From an uncultured Acidimicrobiaceae bacterium (lineage in GTDB: Bacteria; Actinomycetota; Acidimicrobiia; Acidimicrobiales; RAAP-2): a stretch of 64,000 nucleotides of DNA. Every line of letters begins with the position of its first letter. Position 1 is the stretch's first letter. Both the position numbers and the translations under genes were made by a program. Positions 14,982 to 23,935 of this stretch are shown here, in pieces. Where the stretch lies: assembly GCA_963724865.1 (NCBI GenBank), contig CAVRWO010000005.1:197885-261884 (forward strand). Reading direction: 5' to 3'. Below the pieces are notes generated by a model, which had not been told where the DNA came from, did no database searches, and worked only from the letters and a program-made list of their open reading frames with translations.

Positions 14982-15848
14982 TTAAGAAAGAACTCGTCTG
15001 CGGAAGTTCCGTAGTCCGAGCCACAAGAACCCGGTGCAGAAGCCGAGCATGACCGGATAGATGACGTACAGGTGCATGTGCGGCGCGTTCGTGAACGCGG
15101 CGCGCATCCCCTCATTCACGTAGACGAGCGGATTGATCAAGACCAGGGTCTGCAGCCAGTGGAAGCCGCCGATCTTCACCGGTGCGAGGTGAGTCCACGG
15201 GTAGTACGTCCCCCCGAGGAACGTGATCGGCAGGATGATGAAGCCGAACATGAGACCGATGTTGCGTGGTTCGAAGGACGTGCCGAGAATGAGGCCGAGC
15301 CCCGCCATGGTCACGCACGCAAGGGGCACGAGCGTGAGGATGATGAGCCAGTGCAGCGAGACATCCGCCTTCACGCCGGCCGCGTGAACGACTGAAGCGA
15401 TGGGAAAGACGATCGCGGCAGCGATGAGCCCCTGCACGGCGCCGGAGAGAATCTTGGAGACGGCCACGAGCCAGATCGGACACGGTGCTTGGACTCGGTC
15501 TTCGATCTCGCGCGTGAAACCGAACTCTTGTGCCATCGTGAGGGCGATCGACTGCACGCCCTGGAACATGATCGAGATGCCGACCACGCCGGGCACGAGC
15601 ACCGTTGCGAACGCCGTCGCCCCCGTTCCGTGACCGCCGCCTCCTACCGCTTGACCGATCTTTGGAAACACGAAGAGAAACACGAAGCAGAGGAGAAAGG
15701 GCTGGATCACCGTTCGCAGCACGAACTCTCGAAATGTCTTTTTCAACACGACGAGGTCACGCAGCATCAGTGCGCCGAGGGCGGTGCGGCTCGCGTCAAA
15801 GACCGATCGTGTGGGTGACGTTTCAATGGTGGCAGTAGTGATGGTCAT
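14982..15848 (-). CDS. ABC-2 type exporter permease
   Basis: Six-TM ABC-2 pattern (EFGFTREIEDRVQAP, LPITFLGGTYYP, INPLVYVNEGMR); ATG at 15848 overlaps the ATPase stop; the track's 5' extension to 16409 is not credible. Confidence 0.88.
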   Translation of the reverse strand: MTITTATIETSPTRSVFDASRTALGALMLRDLVVLKKTFREFVLRTVIQPFLLCFVFLFVFPKIGQAVGGGGHGTGATAFATVLVPGVVGISIMFQGVQSIALTMAQEFGFTREIEDRVQAPCPIWLVAVSKILSGAVQGLIAAAIVFPIASVVHAAGVKADVSLHWLIILTLVPLACVTMAGLGLILGTSFEPRNIGLMFGFIILPITFLGGTYYPWTHLAPVKIGGFHWLQTLVLINPLVYVNEGMRAAFTNAPHMHLYVIYPVMLGFCTGFLWLGLRNFRRRVLS

Positions 15849-16807
15849 ACTTCGCGCAACTCCTTGCCGGTGAGATTGATGAAGACCGTTTCGAGCGTGG
15901 GCTCTGCCACCGCGAGGTCGACGATGTCTATCTGCGTCGCTTCGGCGAGGTTGACGACGTGTGGCACCAATCGGTCCGCACCTTCCACCTGCGCCGTCAC
16001 CACGTTTTCGACGACGCGCGTGCTGACGACACCTGGCAGATCGCTCTTCAACGTTTCGGCGAGCTTGTCGCCGTTGCTCGCCACCTTCACCGTCAAGATC
16101 GTGTCGGCACCGACGCTCTTCTTCAGATTCGTGGGCGTGTCGAGCGCAAGGATCCGCCCATGGTCCATAATCGCGACCCGCGCACAGAGCTGGTCGGCTT
16201 CTTCCATGTAGTGCGTCGTGAGCACCACCGTTTGGCCGGTCGCGTTGAGCTCTTGGAGCATGTCCCACAGCGCCAAACGACTCTGCGGGTCGAGTCCCGC
16301 TGTCGGTTCGTCGAGAAACAGCACTGCTGGCGAGTGGAAGATCGCGCGCGCCACCATGAGGCGTTGGGCCATCCCGCCCGAGAGTGCGTAGACCGAGGCC
16401 TTCGCCCACCTTGACAAGGAGAAGCGCTCCAACAACTCGTCGGCACGGTGATGCGACTCTTTGGCGCTGATACCGAAGAGGCGACCGTGAAAGTACAGGT
16501 TCTCCCAGACCGTCAGTTGGCGATCAAGCGTGTTCTGCTGGGAGACGATGCCCGATACTTGCTTCACCAGCGCAGGGTGCTTGCGCACGTCGATGCCCGC
16601 GACGTACGCAGTCCCCGACGTCGGTATCACGCGCGTAGTGAGAATACCGGCCGTCGTCGTCTTACCCGCTCCATTGGGTCCGAGCAGTCCGAAGATCTCA
16701 CCTTGGTGCACTTTGAGGTTCAAATTGTCAACCGCCGGCACATCCATGCCCGGATATCGCTTCGTAAGATTCTCGGTGCGAATGACTTCGCTGTCGTCTA
16801 GGGTCAT
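15845..16807 (-). CDS. ABC exporter ATP-binding subunit (DrrA/NodI-like)
   Basis: Walker A GPNGAGKTT, signature LSGGM, Walker B LFLDEPT, H-loop TTHYMEEA. Confidence 0.93.
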   Translation of the reverse strand: MTLDDSEVIRTENLTKRYPGMDVPAVDNLNLKVHQGEIFGLLGPNGAGKTTTAGILTTRVIPTSGTAYVAGIDVRKHPALVKQVSGIVSQQNTLDRQLTVWENLYFHGRLFGISAKESHHRADELLERFSLSRWAKASVYALSGGMAQRLMVARAIFHSPAVLFLDEPTAGLDPQSRLALWDMLQELNATGQTVVLTTHYMEEADQLCARVAIMDHGRILALDTPTNLKKSVGADTILTVKVASNGDKLAETLKSDLPGVVSTRVVENVVTAQVEGADRLVPHVVNLAEATQIDIVDLAVAEPTLETVFINLTGKELREV

Positions 16808-16968
16808 CGATCTTTTCCGTGTGCGTTGCTCTTAGCAACATTAGGTCCGCACATGACGCGCTCTTGTCTCCTGTCAGTTTCGCGAAAGGTGATGCCAACA
16901 CGCAGGGCGATTACTTCGTTGTCATTCACACCCTGTGGCTACGCAAAACGAACCTCTAGTGTTGGTCT

Positions 16969-17778
16969 ATGACGAAGGGCAACCCCCTCGAGATGAAGCA
17001 CACGCTGAAGACCGAGTGGATCCTCGGCATCGTGGGCGGCGTCGTAGCACTCGCCGCGCTGGGCCTCGGTCGAGCCTTCGGCAAGATCTCGCGCTCTTCG
17101 CTTGACGAGAAGCTCATTGTCTGGGCCGCCGCGTTGGTGCTCGTTGTCGCCGGAGCTTTTGCGATCATGCACCTTTCGAGGGCGATCGGTCGATCCGTCG
17201 CACGCGGCACGACGATCGGCACGGGCGCGAGCGTTCGTCTGATCACGAACGGTGTTGGCTACATCGTCTTAATCTTCGCGCTGCTCACGGTCCTCGGCGT
17301 GTCGCTCGATCACCTCCTCATCGGTGCGGGCGTCGCGGGCATCATCCTGGGCGTCGCCGCGCAGCAGAGCCTCGGCAACGTTTTCGCCGCGATTGTCATG
17401 CTTGTCGCTCGACCGTTTGTCGTTGGCGACATGATTCGCATTCGTTCCGGCGTCACTGGCGTGCTCGACGTACGCGTGCTCGGCATCGGACTCACGTACG
17501 TCACTGTCGACACCGACGACGGCATACTGCGAGTGCCCAACTCACTCATGCTCGCTGCGGGCATCGGTCAGCTTCGTCCCGGTGCGACGCCGATTCCTTC
17601 GCCGAAGCCCGCGCCTCCTCCAAATGCGGTTGCGACACCTCCTTCGAGCGCGACACCAGCAAGCGCCGCGCCGTCAGCGTCAGCAACTGCGCACTCATCC
17701 AACAGTGCATCCGATGCGACCTCGGCCACCTCGGTGAATCCGACGCCTTCGGCGCAGACGGAGTCGAGTGAACGATGA
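16969..17778 (+). CDS. Small-conductance mechanosensitive channel (MscS family) with low-complexity C-tail
   Basis: GVAGIILGVAAQQSLGNVFAAI..ARPFVVGDMI, LRVPNSLML; P/A/S/T-rich tail. Confidence 0.85.
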   Translation: MTKGNPLEMKHTLKTEWILGIVGGVVALAALGLGRAFGKISRSSLDEKLIVWAAALVLVVAGAFAIMHLSRAIGRSVARGTTIGTGASVRLITNGVGYIVLIFALLTVLGVSLDHLLIGAGVAGIILGVAAQQSLGNVFAAIVMLVARPFVVGDMIRIRSGVTGVLDVRVLGIGLTYVTVDTDDGILRVPNSLMLAAGIGQLRPGATPIPSPKPAPPPNAVATPPSSATPASAAPSASATAHSSNSASDATSATSVNPTPSAQTESSER

Positions 17779-17828
17779 GTGACTACGCCAGACCTCTACC
17801 CCTGAAGTCGCAGTACGATAGTGCGCAC

Positions 17829-17902
17829 GCGGGCGTAGTTCAGCGGCAGAACATCAGCTTCCCAAGCTGAGAACGCGAGTTCGATTCTCGTCGCCCGCTC
17901 CA
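17829..17902 (+). tRNA. tRNA-Gly (anticodon CCC)
   Basis: Acceptor GCGGGCG/CGCCCGC + T + encoded CCA; anticodon arm TCAGC-TT-CCC-AA-GCTGA; T arm GCGAG-TTCGATT-CTCGT; 74 nt. Confidence 0.97.
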
Positions 17903-17981
17903 AATGAACGCGGGCACCGGGCCGACAAGGGCCAGCTAACAATTGCCCAAGGTGCGATGACCGCCGTCCGTTCAAAGTTGA

Positions 17982-19226
17982 CTAGGTCCTAAGAAAAGAC
18001 TCGCCCACCGGCTGACCCGCGAGAAGATTCGAAGCAGCGCGTGTGATTTCGACGGGCAGGTCGGGGTGGGCACGCTCGTGGGGAGAGGTGACGCTCGCAA
18101 GATCGAAGACGGCAGTCAGTGTCTCTTCAGCAATGGCGGGCGCTGCATCGAGTCCCCAAGCGAGACCCTCAAATATGAGATTGTCAATTGTGATCGCCGC
18201 ATGACGATACTCTCCAGCGACTGCGAGAGCCATCTCCCCATCGTTCTCCTGATGTGCTTGCGGAACGACGTCATAGGCAGGGGCAAGCGACACTGACCCG
18301 TCCGGCCAATGCAGCATCGAAAGGTTCTTCGCATGTAGGTCGAGATTTCCTATAGCGACTGACATCACGACTAGTTTGAAAAGGCGCTCGAGAGAGTCAC
18401 TGTCGCCTTCGGACGCGAAGACTTTAGCGACACGTTCGAGGCTGACGCGGCCGCCATGCTTTTGGTACTTCTGGGTGCCGGTCGCGCCGAGAATCTGATT
18501 GAAGTCTTCCTGGTGAATGCGGCCCTCCGGCGCCTCAGGAGATCGGTCGTAACGTTCGATAACTACGGCCGATACGCCATCGAACTCCTCGATCCAAGTG
18601 GAGAAGTTCGCGAGTCCGACGGCTCGGGCAAAGCGCGAACCATATTCCTCGTCATAGATCATCGTTGGGTGATCTCGCGACTCGGGTTTCAAAATGTGTG
18701 TGGATGGCCAGCCGTCAACTACGCGATTCCAACCTTCATCGGTTCGGGCCAGCACTATCTTGTCCTGGACTCCGGGCAGAGAGGTCTTCCCGCCAGGGAA
18801 TCGGTTTCCTAATGGGTTCTCTCGCACATGCTCAAGCATGTTGGCGACATCGGTTGTTGACGCTAACTCTTTTGAAGGTTTCTTCGGCTCGCCGGGCACG
18901 TCCAGGTCCCAGATCTGTAACGCGCCAGCGACGTCACGGCCATAGCGACTCAGCAGGCCAATAACGTCGTATTGATCGACTCCCGCTTCTTGAGCTAGTC
19001 GGGTCAGCATTCTTCCTTCGGGAAGTAGTTCCCGGAAAAAATTCTGGCGACGAGCTTTACCAGCGCTCACTGGCACCGCTGTGAGAGGGATGGCAATAGA
19101 AAGGACACGGCTATCGATCCCGAACGTATCGACCGCGGTGGTATCTAGTCGCAGTTCAAACGTGCGCCATGTTCCAGTTAGCGTGCCAATTCGGGTGCCA
19201 TAGAGTTCCACGACTAGGTCAGCCAT
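17982..19226 (-). CDS. hipA: HipA-family kinase toxin
   Basis: N-terminal couple domain; P-loop KTSLPGVQDK, HILKP, IERYDR, HQEDFNQ, GNLDLHAKNLS, LAPAYD. Confidence 0.9.
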   Translation of the reverse strand: MADLVVELYGTRIGTLTGTWRTFELRLDTTAVDTFGIDSRVLSIAIPLTAVPVSAGKARRQNFFRELLPEGRMLTRLAQEAGVDQYDVIGLLSRYGRDVAGALQIWDLDVPGEPKKPSKELASTTDVANMLEHVRENPLGNRFPGGKTSLPGVQDKIVLARTDEGWNRVVDGWPSTHILKPESRDHPTMIYDEEYGSRFARAVGLANFSTWIEEFDGVSAVVIERYDRSPEAPEGRIHQEDFNQILGATGTQKYQKHGGRVSLERVAKVFASEGDSDSLERLFKLVVMSVAIGNLDLHAKNLSMLHWPDGSVSLAPAYDVVPQAHQENDGEMALAVAGEYRHAAITIDNLIFEGLAWGLDAAPAIAEETLTAVFDLASVTSPHERAHPDLPVEITRAASNLLAGQPVGESFLRT

Positions 19227-19464
19227 GATCGGCTCTCGGTGTGATAGTGGCAGTTAACTCCATACCGGTTTCTCGCATCGCAGCGAAGAGGCGATCCATG
19301 AGGATCGAGGGCTTTCCGGCCTCAAGTTCCCAGATGTACTTCTGCGTCGTGCCCAGTCGCCGCGCAAGTTCTCGTTGACTCAAACCAGCAAGTAGCCGGG
19401 CTTGTTGCAAGATGCGTCCAAGTGATTCGGCACTCGTGATCTTTCCTGTGTACGCCATAGCCAT
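19219..19464 (-). CDS. HipB-like XRE helix-turn-helix antitoxin
   Basis: LGRILQQARLLAGLSQRELARRLGTTQKYIWELEAGKPS; overlaps the hipA start by 8 bp. Confidence 0.87.
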   Translation of the reverse strand: MAMAYTGKITSAESLGRILQQARLLAGLSQRELARRLGTTQKYIWELEAGKPSILMDRLFAAMRETGMELTATITPRADHG

Positions 19465-19468
19465 CCTC

Positions 19469-19543
19469 CGACTTTCATATTGACGTCATTCTAGGTGACT
19501 ACAATTTAGAAGTCAATGATGTATGACTACGAAATAGAAGTCA
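19469..19543. promoter_or_regulatory. Three tandem palindromic operators upstream of hipBA
   Basis: CGACT-N10-CGTCA (19469-19488), TGACT-N10-AGTCA (19496-19515), TGACT-N10-AGTCA (19524-19543); 27-28 bp period. Confidence 0.72.
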
Positions 19544-19724
19544 TAGGATTTGCCCTTGGGCAGGCCAGGGGACCCGCGGACTCGATGAGCACTGCCGAGC
19601 ATCGACTACCTCCTCGCGCGGATCTTGCCCATCGCTTGCCCAAAAGTAACGATCCCGGACTTTAACTCATCGAATACCTGTTCTGATCAGATCGTTCTCC
19701 GGGCACGAAAATCGTAGGTACGCT

Positions 19725-19770
19725 GCTTCCCAAGCTGAGAACGCGAGTTCGATTCTCGTCGCCCGCTCCA
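19725..19770 (+). repeat. att-like copy 1 of the tRNA-Gly 3' half (46/46 identical)
   Basis: GCTTCCCAAGCTGAGAACGCGAGTTCGATTCTCGTCGCCCGCTCCA identical to 17857-17902. Confidence 0.97.
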
Positions 19771-19859
19771 CGTGTTCTCGCCGCCTCGACTAGATCGCGC
19801 CTTCAGCGCGACGAGTCGTCAATTGTCTCGAGCGCCGGATTGCCGTAGGTTTGGCGGCG

Positions 19860-20324
19860 TCAATCAGCGGTCTCACGGTCGACGAGGGCACGGAAGGCGA
19901 GTGCGGAACGTTGCTGGGCGCGTTGCACACTTCCTTCGACGGCGTGATCAATCGCGACGCCGATCGGTCCAAACCTTGGCGTGTAGCGGATCGTCATGGT
20001 TAGTTGGGTTCCGTCGCCGTCGGGGTTAAGCGTCAGCTCTAGTGACATGTCCTTCGCCGTCGCCACACCGACGCCCTCGTGCACCTGACGGTGCGGCGGG
20101 TCGAACTCCGTAACACGCCATGTAGTCGTGCTCTTCCACGGACCCGAGATACGGGTGCGCTCTTGATAGGTGGCGCCCAAGCGCGCCGGTCCATCCACGC
20201 GAACCATCTTGAGCGTGCTCTCGACCCATTCCGAGTAGCGAGTGGCGTCGCAGAGGTACTCCCAAACCCTCTCTTGCGGCTGCGAAAGATCGACCGACGC
20301 AACAATTACCTGTTCCTTGCTCAC
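19860..20324 (-). CDS. SRPBCC / polyketide cyclase-like ligand-binding protein
   Basis: ERVWEYLCDATRYSEWV, WRVTEFDPPHRQV pattern; GTG at 20324 with an AAGGAG RBS overlaps the glycosyltransferase stop. Confidence 0.78.
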   Translation of the reverse strand: MSKEQVIVASVDLSQPQERVWEYLCDATRYSEWVESTLKMVRVDGPARLGATYQERTRISGPWKSTTTWRVTEFDPPHRQVHEGVGVATAKDMSLELTLNPDGDGTQLTMTIRYTPRFGPIGVAIDHAVEGSVQRAQQRSALAFRALVDRETAD

Positions 20325-21637
20325 TGTTCTCTCCTTGTTGTTCGCCAACGCGTTGGTGGCGCCGTCGTCGTGACCCCCTCGAGGCTGTCGGCGATGGTGC
20401 CCAGCGCGTTGAGGCGCGTTGCCTCACTAGCGAGTCTGTCCACCGATGCCCTTAGCGCGGCGTTGCCCAGCACCCTCTGCACGGCGGTCGCGATCATCCT
20501 CGAAGTGGGTCGCCCCGTCTCTAGATTCACGCCGGCGCCACTCCAGGCGACCCGCGCCGCGACCTCGGGCTTGTCTTCGCCCTCGCCGGCCACAATTGAC
20601 GGCACGCGGTTGGCGATGGCGAACTGCACGCCGCCGTATCCTCCGTTGGTGATCATCACGTCAACTCGTGGAAGGAGTTGATCGTAGGGGATGAATGGCG
20701 CGACACGCGCGTTGGCCGGCAACGAGACGGGAATCGCTGACGCCGGCGGGCCGCCGGTGGTCACGACGACGAGCAGGTTCTCCCCGGCAAGAGCACCGAG
20801 CGTCGGCCCAATGAGCTTCGAGAAGTCGTCGTTATCGACGGTGCCTTGCGTAACGAGCACGACGGGTTGCGATCCATCGAGGTCGCTCCACCAATCCGGG
20901 AGATCTCCCTTTAGATGCGGCAGCACCGGCCCCGCGAAACTGACGTTCGCGGGTACGTCGCGGCGCGGGTATTCAAAGCCAGGCCCACAGAGCTGCCAAA
21001 AGTGGTCAGCCAACTGGAACCATTCGAGAAAGAAGACCGGCGAGTCAGCGAGTCCCAGTGTTCGAAGTTGCGAGTTGATCTCTCTACGCGCCGCGCGAAG
21101 CACGACGGAGCGAACGAAACGCGTCGAACCTCGAGCGAGCAGCGCACCTCCAAACGACGTGGGCGGTTCGCGTCCCAGTCCAAAGGGGTACGTATCCCGG
21201 CTCACTGCCGACAGCGGCGTACACCCAAGAACGTGGACTGCTGGAGTGTCAATCTCCGACAAGAGCGCGACGAGCGCGCCGCCGACGGTCAGATCGACGA
21301 CGACCCCGTCCGTCGACCCCGCGGCCAGTTCAGCCCGGATGGCGTCGAACTGACTGGTCATCGGTCGAGCGAACAGCTCCAAAATGTCAAAACGCACGGC
21401 CCGAATACCTTTGCGCCCGCGACGACGCGGAAATGAGCGGTTCAGGTAACGATCGTCGTAGTCGGCGTGCGCCGGCCACGGCACGAACGTCAAACCAGCG
21501 CTCTCGATGTCATCGCGGAAGCGCGAACCGGTGATCATCGTGACACGGTGCCCCCGGCGTACGAGCTCTTCGCCCACCGCTCGAACGGGTCCGACGTGAC
21601 CGCCGATCGGGCTACTCGCGAGAAGGTACTTCGCCAC
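20321..21637 (-). CDS. Family 1 (MGT/UDP-type) glycosyltransferase
   Basis: N-terminal GHVGP..GEELVRRGHRV; C-terminal APFIPYDQLLPRVDVMITNGGYGGV..GEDKPEVAARV donor-binding motif. Confidence 0.88.
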   Translation of the reverse strand: MAKYLLASSPIGGHVGPVRAVGEELVRRGHRVTMITGSRFRDDIESAGLTFVPWPAHADYDDRYLNRSFPRRRGRKGIRAVRFDILELFARPMTSQFDAIRAELAAGSTDGVVVDLTVGGALVALLSEIDTPAVHVLGCTPLSAVSRDTYPFGLGREPPTSFGGALLARGSTRFVRSVVLRAARREINSQLRTLGLADSPVFFLEWFQLADHFWQLCGPGFEYPRRDVPANVSFAGPVLPHLKGDLPDWWSDLDGSQPVVLVTQGTVDNDDFSKLIGPTLGALAGENLLVVVTTGGPPASAIPVSLPANARVAPFIPYDQLLPRVDVMITNGGYGGVQFAIANRVPSIVAGEGEDKPEVAARVAWSGAGVNLETGRPTSRMIATAVQRVLGNAALRASVDRLASEATRLNALGTIADSLEGVTTTAPPTRWRTTRREQ

Positions 21638-21666
21638 TTGTCACTCATTTCACTACTATGTTGCAG

Positions 21667-21695
21667 TATTAACCACTATGCTATAGTGGTTAATA
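21667..21695. promoter_or_regulatory. Perfect palindromic TetR operator
   Basis: TATTAACCACTAT-GCT-ATAGTGGTTAATA (13-bp arms) between the divergent glycosyltransferase and tetR genes, overlapping a TATAGT -10 and the A of the tetR ATG. Confidence 0.8.
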
Positions 21696-22393
21696 TGGTA
21701 AAGTCAAGCCGGAGCGAGCCACAAGAACTGGCTCGTAAATACGCCTCGCCTCTTCGGGCCGCCCAAGCCGCCCAAACGCGCCAACGGATTCTCGACGCCG
21801 CTATCGGGTGTTTTTCTGCCGCCGGTTACGTGGGCACGACCCTCGCAGATATTGCTGCTGAAGCCGGCGTTTCCGTCGAGACGGTCCAGACTCAGGGTCC
21901 CAAGTCGGCCCTCTTACTCTCCTCGTTTGAAAAGGCGTTCGCCCTGAGTGAGGGACAAGACTCGATCTTTGATCGCCCCGAAGTCGTCGAACGCACGAAC
22001 CTTCAGACGGACGCCGTGGACTTCGTGCGGGGAACATGCCGATTCCTGGCCCGCGCGGCCGTACGCAGCACGCGGCTCTGGCTCATCTTCTACCACGCTG
22101 CCAGCATGGACTCCGCGATCAGGGCTTCTTACGACGCGTTCACGAGTCGGATGCACGCTGATGCGCTTCGACTCGTCACGATGGTCGCCGACCGTGGCCC
22201 GATTCGCACGGATCGCGCGCGACGAAAGCTGGCCGATGAGCTCGAGGTGCTGTTCTTGCCTTTTCCGTACGAAAGACTCGTCGACGGTGCCGGATGGAAC
22301 CTCGAGGAGTACGCCGACTACCTCTTCGGCAACGCCTGTCGGATCCTCTTTCCTCAGGACGACCAGCCGCCAAAGCTGAACCGTCTGAGATAG
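21695..22393 (+). CDS. TetR/AcrR family regulator
   Basis: RQRILDAAIGCFSAAGYVGTTLADIAAEAGVSVETV HTH; ATG 21695 chosen over the track start 21467. Confidence 0.9.
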   Translation: MVKSSRSEPQELARKYASPLRAAQAAQTRQRILDAAIGCFSAAGYVGTTLADIAAEAGVSVETVQTQGPKSALLLSSFEKAFALSEGQDSIFDRPEVVERTNLQTDAVDFVRGTCRFLARAAVRSTRLWLIFYHAASMDSAIRASYDAFTSRMHADALRLVTMVADRGPIRTDRARRKLADELEVLFLPFPYERLVDGAGWNLEEYADYLFGNACRILFPQDDQPPKLNRLR

Positions 22394-22460
22394 GTGATAG
22401 GCACATCTGAAGTGTCTGGGCCTGCACCCGTCTGAGTTCCCCATTTCGGGGGCACGTCAC

Positions 22461-22742
22461 TCAGTGAGCCGCGACGTACTCTCGCAGCGCCTCGCGAATG
22501 GCTTCCGACACGCTGATACCGCGCTCGCTGGCCCGCAAAATGATCTCTCTCTTGAGCTCTGGCTCCAATCGCACCGACTCGACCGACGAGGGTCCCTCAC
22601 CAAGCGTCGGACGCCCAGTGCGACGTTGGAGGATCTCCTCCACGTCATAACCGCGCTCGGCCTCCTCGGCGAAGGCTGAGTTGTCCCTGAGGTCCTTTGT
22701 GGCTGGACCCTTTTTGTCGTTCGTCGTTCCCATATCACTCAC
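22461..22742 (-). CDS. Ribbon-helix-helix (CopG-like) antitoxin
   Basis: AEEAERGYD..GRPTLG..SVRLEPELKREIILRASERGISVSEAIREALREYV; start overlaps the upstream toxin stop. Confidence 0.72.
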   Translation of the reverse strand: MSDMGTTNDKKGPATKDLRDNSAFAEEAERGYDVEEILQRRTGRPTLGEGPSSVESVRLEPELKREIILRASERGISVSEAIREALREYVAAH

Positions 22743-22981
22743 TTCCGCCCTTCCAGGAGCCTTCGATAGGCCGCTCTCATTGCCATCGCGTGGATCACCA
22801 CTGGTCCAGTTGTCCGATCCAGCACGACCACCTCGAGGAAGTTGCCGGAGGTGTCGACGCCAAGAATGAGAAAACGACTCGGATCCTCGCCGACCTCTTC
22901 GACGACCATTGCGTGCCGTATCGCGTGAAGGGTGTCCGGCTCTTCGACTCCGTGCCTCAGAGCGGATGGCTCAACCTCCAT
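22739..22981 (-). CDS. Putative BrnT/RelE-like ribonuclease toxin
   Basis: 80 aa: SALRHGV..RFLILGVDTSGNFLEVV..VIHAM; toxin-first pair with the RHH gene. Confidence 0.6.
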   Translation of the reverse strand: MEVEPSALRHGVEEPDTLHAIRHAMVVEEVGEDPSRFLILGVDTSGNFLEVVVLDRTTGPVVIHAMAMRAAYRRLLEGRK

Positions 22982-23125
22982 CGGGTTATTGTACTACGAA
23001 ACATCTCTACGGCAGGCGTGTCGATGTTGCCCGCGGAGTGCCCGCTTGAATCATGCGAGTGAGTCCATACGAAATAACTAGAGCCTGACCAGTAGTTTTT
23101 GAACGCCGCGGTTCCGTCAGCACCT

Positions 23126-23154
23126 GCTTCCCAAGCTGAGAACGCGAGTTCGAT
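23126..23154 (+). repeat. att-like copy 2 of the tRNA-Gly 3' half (29 bp, truncated)
   Basis: GCTTCCCAAGCTGAGAACGCGAGTTCGAT identical to 17857-17885, then diverges. Confidence 0.93.
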
Positions 23155-23245
23155 GCGACTCAAGCGAGAGCCTGAGCAAGAGGAACCGTTCAGGGCCCCT
23201 GACGCGGTCCAGGGGGTCCAGGCAGCGTTCGGCAAGACTCAGACA

Positions 23246-23878
23246 ATGCGTTGGAACGATCTCAGCTGGCTCAAGTCGAACCGGCCCCTGCTCATCGCCG
23301 AGATCATTGCTGTCCCGCTTGTTATCGCCTGGTTCTTGTTTTTCTACTTCGACACCCACGACGCCTTTGCCCTGGTCCTGCTGTTCCTGCTCCCCGTGTT
23401 CGCCGTGGCCAACCTGGTGATCCTCAATCGGAGCAGAAGTCGGCTCGCAGACGCTGGCGCGCGGCGAGACTCGCTTACCGGCGACGTGGCCACGCCGAGT
23501 CCAATTCAGTGGTCGCCATCTACTCAGCAGTTGCGATGGACTGGTGCCGTAGACGTTCCGGGATCCATGGGGCGTATGAACGCCAGTGCGCCGCTCGGCG
23601 TCCTCGAACTGACCGGCGGTCGACTCGCACTTCGGGTCCGCCCGACGTTCGTGGCGACGTTGTTTGGGGCCAGGGCACTCGTGGTCACTCCGGCCGATGT
23701 GGAGGCGGTCTTTCCGGCCCGGGCCAAACTTCGTTATCGCGGCATTGGGATCCGACCAATCGGCGAACCCCCTTCCTACTTCATCACTCGAGGTGCGGAT
23801 AGGGGGGCCATTCTGAGCGCAACCGCTGCGGCCGGCTTTCCCGTTCAGTGGGAGGAGCGAAACTATTCGTACAGCTAA
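23246..23878 (+). CDS. Hypothetical membrane protein (2 TM + C-terminal soluble beta-rich domain)
   Basis: Two hydrophobic helices followed by a soluble region; the track's 5' extension runs through the att copy, so ATG 23246 is preferred. Confidence 0.55.
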   Translation: MRWNDLSWLKSNRPLLIAEIIAVPLVIAWFLFFYFDTHDAFALVLLFLLPVFAVANLVILNRSRSRLADAGARRDSLTGDVATPSPIQWSPSTQQLRWTGAVDVPGSMGRMNASAPLGVLELTGGRLALRVRPTFVATLFGARALVVTPADVEAVFPARAKLRYRGIGIRPIGEPPSYFITRGADRGAILSATAAAGFPVQWEERNYSYS

Positions 23879-23935
23879 CAGCCGGACAGCAGAACCCATC
23901 GGATGCGATCAGCGTGCTTCGCAGCACTGGTGCGC

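Noticed and set aside
23099-23245. N-terminal extensions in the ORF track (also 16409, 21467, 25199, 28925, 30792, 34122, 35804, 46415, 51948, 59251)
   Set aside because: They overlap att repeats or neighbouring genes; downstream starts with an RBS, stop/start coupling or domain boundaries fit better.
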